Shown: positions 62,815 to 64,000 of the stretch, piece after piece
How the letters are laid out: each line of letters opens with the position of its first letter
Numbering within the stretch: position 1 is the stretch's first letter
Origin: Mobula hypostoma
Taxonomy: Eukaryota
Direction of reading: 5' to 3'
NCBI RefSeq assembly: GCF_963921235.1
Contig: NC_086097.1
Span: 178,932,001-178,996,000 of the forward strand
DNA: 64,000 nucleotides
Notes under the pieces: model-generated
What the model saw: the letters and a program-made list of their open reading frames with translations, nothing else
What the model was told of the DNA's origin: nothing
The model's database searches: none
Made by a program: the position numbers and the translations under genes

Positions 62815-63330
62815 CAAAGTAAATTTATTATTGAAGTACATATATATCACCATGTACAGATTCATTTTCTTACAGGCATACTCAATAACGCTATAATAGA
62901 ATAATAACCATAGTAGAATTAATGAAAGACCTCACGAACCTAGGCATTCAACCAGTGTGTAAAATACAACAAATTGTGCAAATATAAAAAAAGAAATAAT
63001 AATAAATAAATAAATAAATAAATAATCTATAAATACCAAGAACATGAGATGACGAGTCCTTGAAGGTGACTCCATAGGTTGTGGGAACATTTCAATGGTG
63101 GAGCAAGTAAAGATGAGTGAAGTTATCCCCTTTGGTTCAAGAGCCTGATGGTCGAGGGGTAGTAACTGTTCCTGAACCTGGTGGTGTGAGTCCTGAGGCT
63201 CCTGTACCTTCTTCCTGATGGCAGCAGTGAGAAGAGAACATGAGCTGGGTAGTGGGGGTCCTTGATGATGGATGCTGCTTTCCTGCAACAATGCTTCATG
63301 AAGCTGTCCTCAATGGTCAGCAGGTGCAAT
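62815..63330 (-). mobile_element. Rex1/Babar-like LINE 3' end
   Basis: ORF 63123-63335 reads KAASIIKDPHYPAHVLFSLLPSGRRYRSLRTHTTRFRNSYYPSTIRLLN; (TAAA)n in the UTR. Confidence 0.8.
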
Positions 63331-64000
63331 TTCATAACAAAGTAGATTGTGAGGCCAAGAGTCCATCTTATTGTATGAGAGGTCTGTCCAAGGGTCTGAT
63401 AACAGCAGGATAGAAGCTGTCCTCGAGCCTGGTTCTTTCAGGCATTTGTATCTTCTGCCTGATGGAAGTGGGGAGAAGAGAGGATGTCCAAAGTGGGCGG
63501 GGTCTTGGATGATACTGGCTGCTTTCCAGAGGCAGTGAAAAGTATAGAGGGAGTCCAGAGAGGGAGGCTGGTTTCCGTGATTTTCATTTTATTTAGCGAT
63601 GCAGTGCGGAGTAGCCCTTTCCAGCCTTCGAGCCCTGCTGCCCTCGAAACCCCACAGCCCTAATTAATCATAGCCTAATCAGGGACAATTTACAATGAGT
63701 TAACCCAGCTGTCACCTCTTTGGACTGTGGAGGTAAACCAGAGCACCCCGGGGAAAACACATGCCTTCCATGGGGAGGACATTCTGAGACACCTTACAGA
63801 ACAGGCAGGGCCAGAATTGAATCCTGATCTCCAGAATGTGCCAAGCTGTAACAGCATCACACTAACTGCTACCGTACCGTGGAGTGATGCTCTAAGCTCT
63901 GTCCACAACTCTCTGCAGAGTCCTCTGAGAGTCTCAAAGCCCAAAGCATCATCACTCAATTTCATTCATTCTCTCTCAGCTCCAAATTTTTAATTGAGCC

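Overview
This is eukaryotic vertebrate genomic DNA, most likely from a cartilaginous fish (probably a ray). That assignment is inferred from the repeat content: CR1 LINEs, V-domain tRNA SINEs of the HE1 type, Deu-SINE relics and Penelope-like elements. I found no recognisable host protein-coding exon, rRNA, tRNA or CRISPR array, so the window reads as intronic or intergenic and is dominated by transposon debris. The clearest elements are: a near full-length but disabled CR1 LINE (esterase ORF1 plus APE/RT ORF2, 32148-36110, minus); a 5'-truncated Penelope-like element (PLE) with a GIY-YIG remnant, inverted pseudo-LTRs and minimal hammerhead-ribozyme motifs (30477-31623); about 12 further PLE end fragments, some of them pure fold-back hairpins with TSDs; an L1 3' fragment; two hAT MITEs; and a rearranged mariner TIR cluster. 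Many Rex1/Babar-like and CR1 3' ends are also present. Several minisatellites can be traced to short segments of retroelement 3' ends. The most interesting signals are the hammerhead-bearing fold-back PLE family, the repeated birth of minisatellites from TE ends, and three isolated hairpins. There are two assembly gaps. Boundaries of degraded repeats are approximate and family names come from recalled motifs, not database searches.
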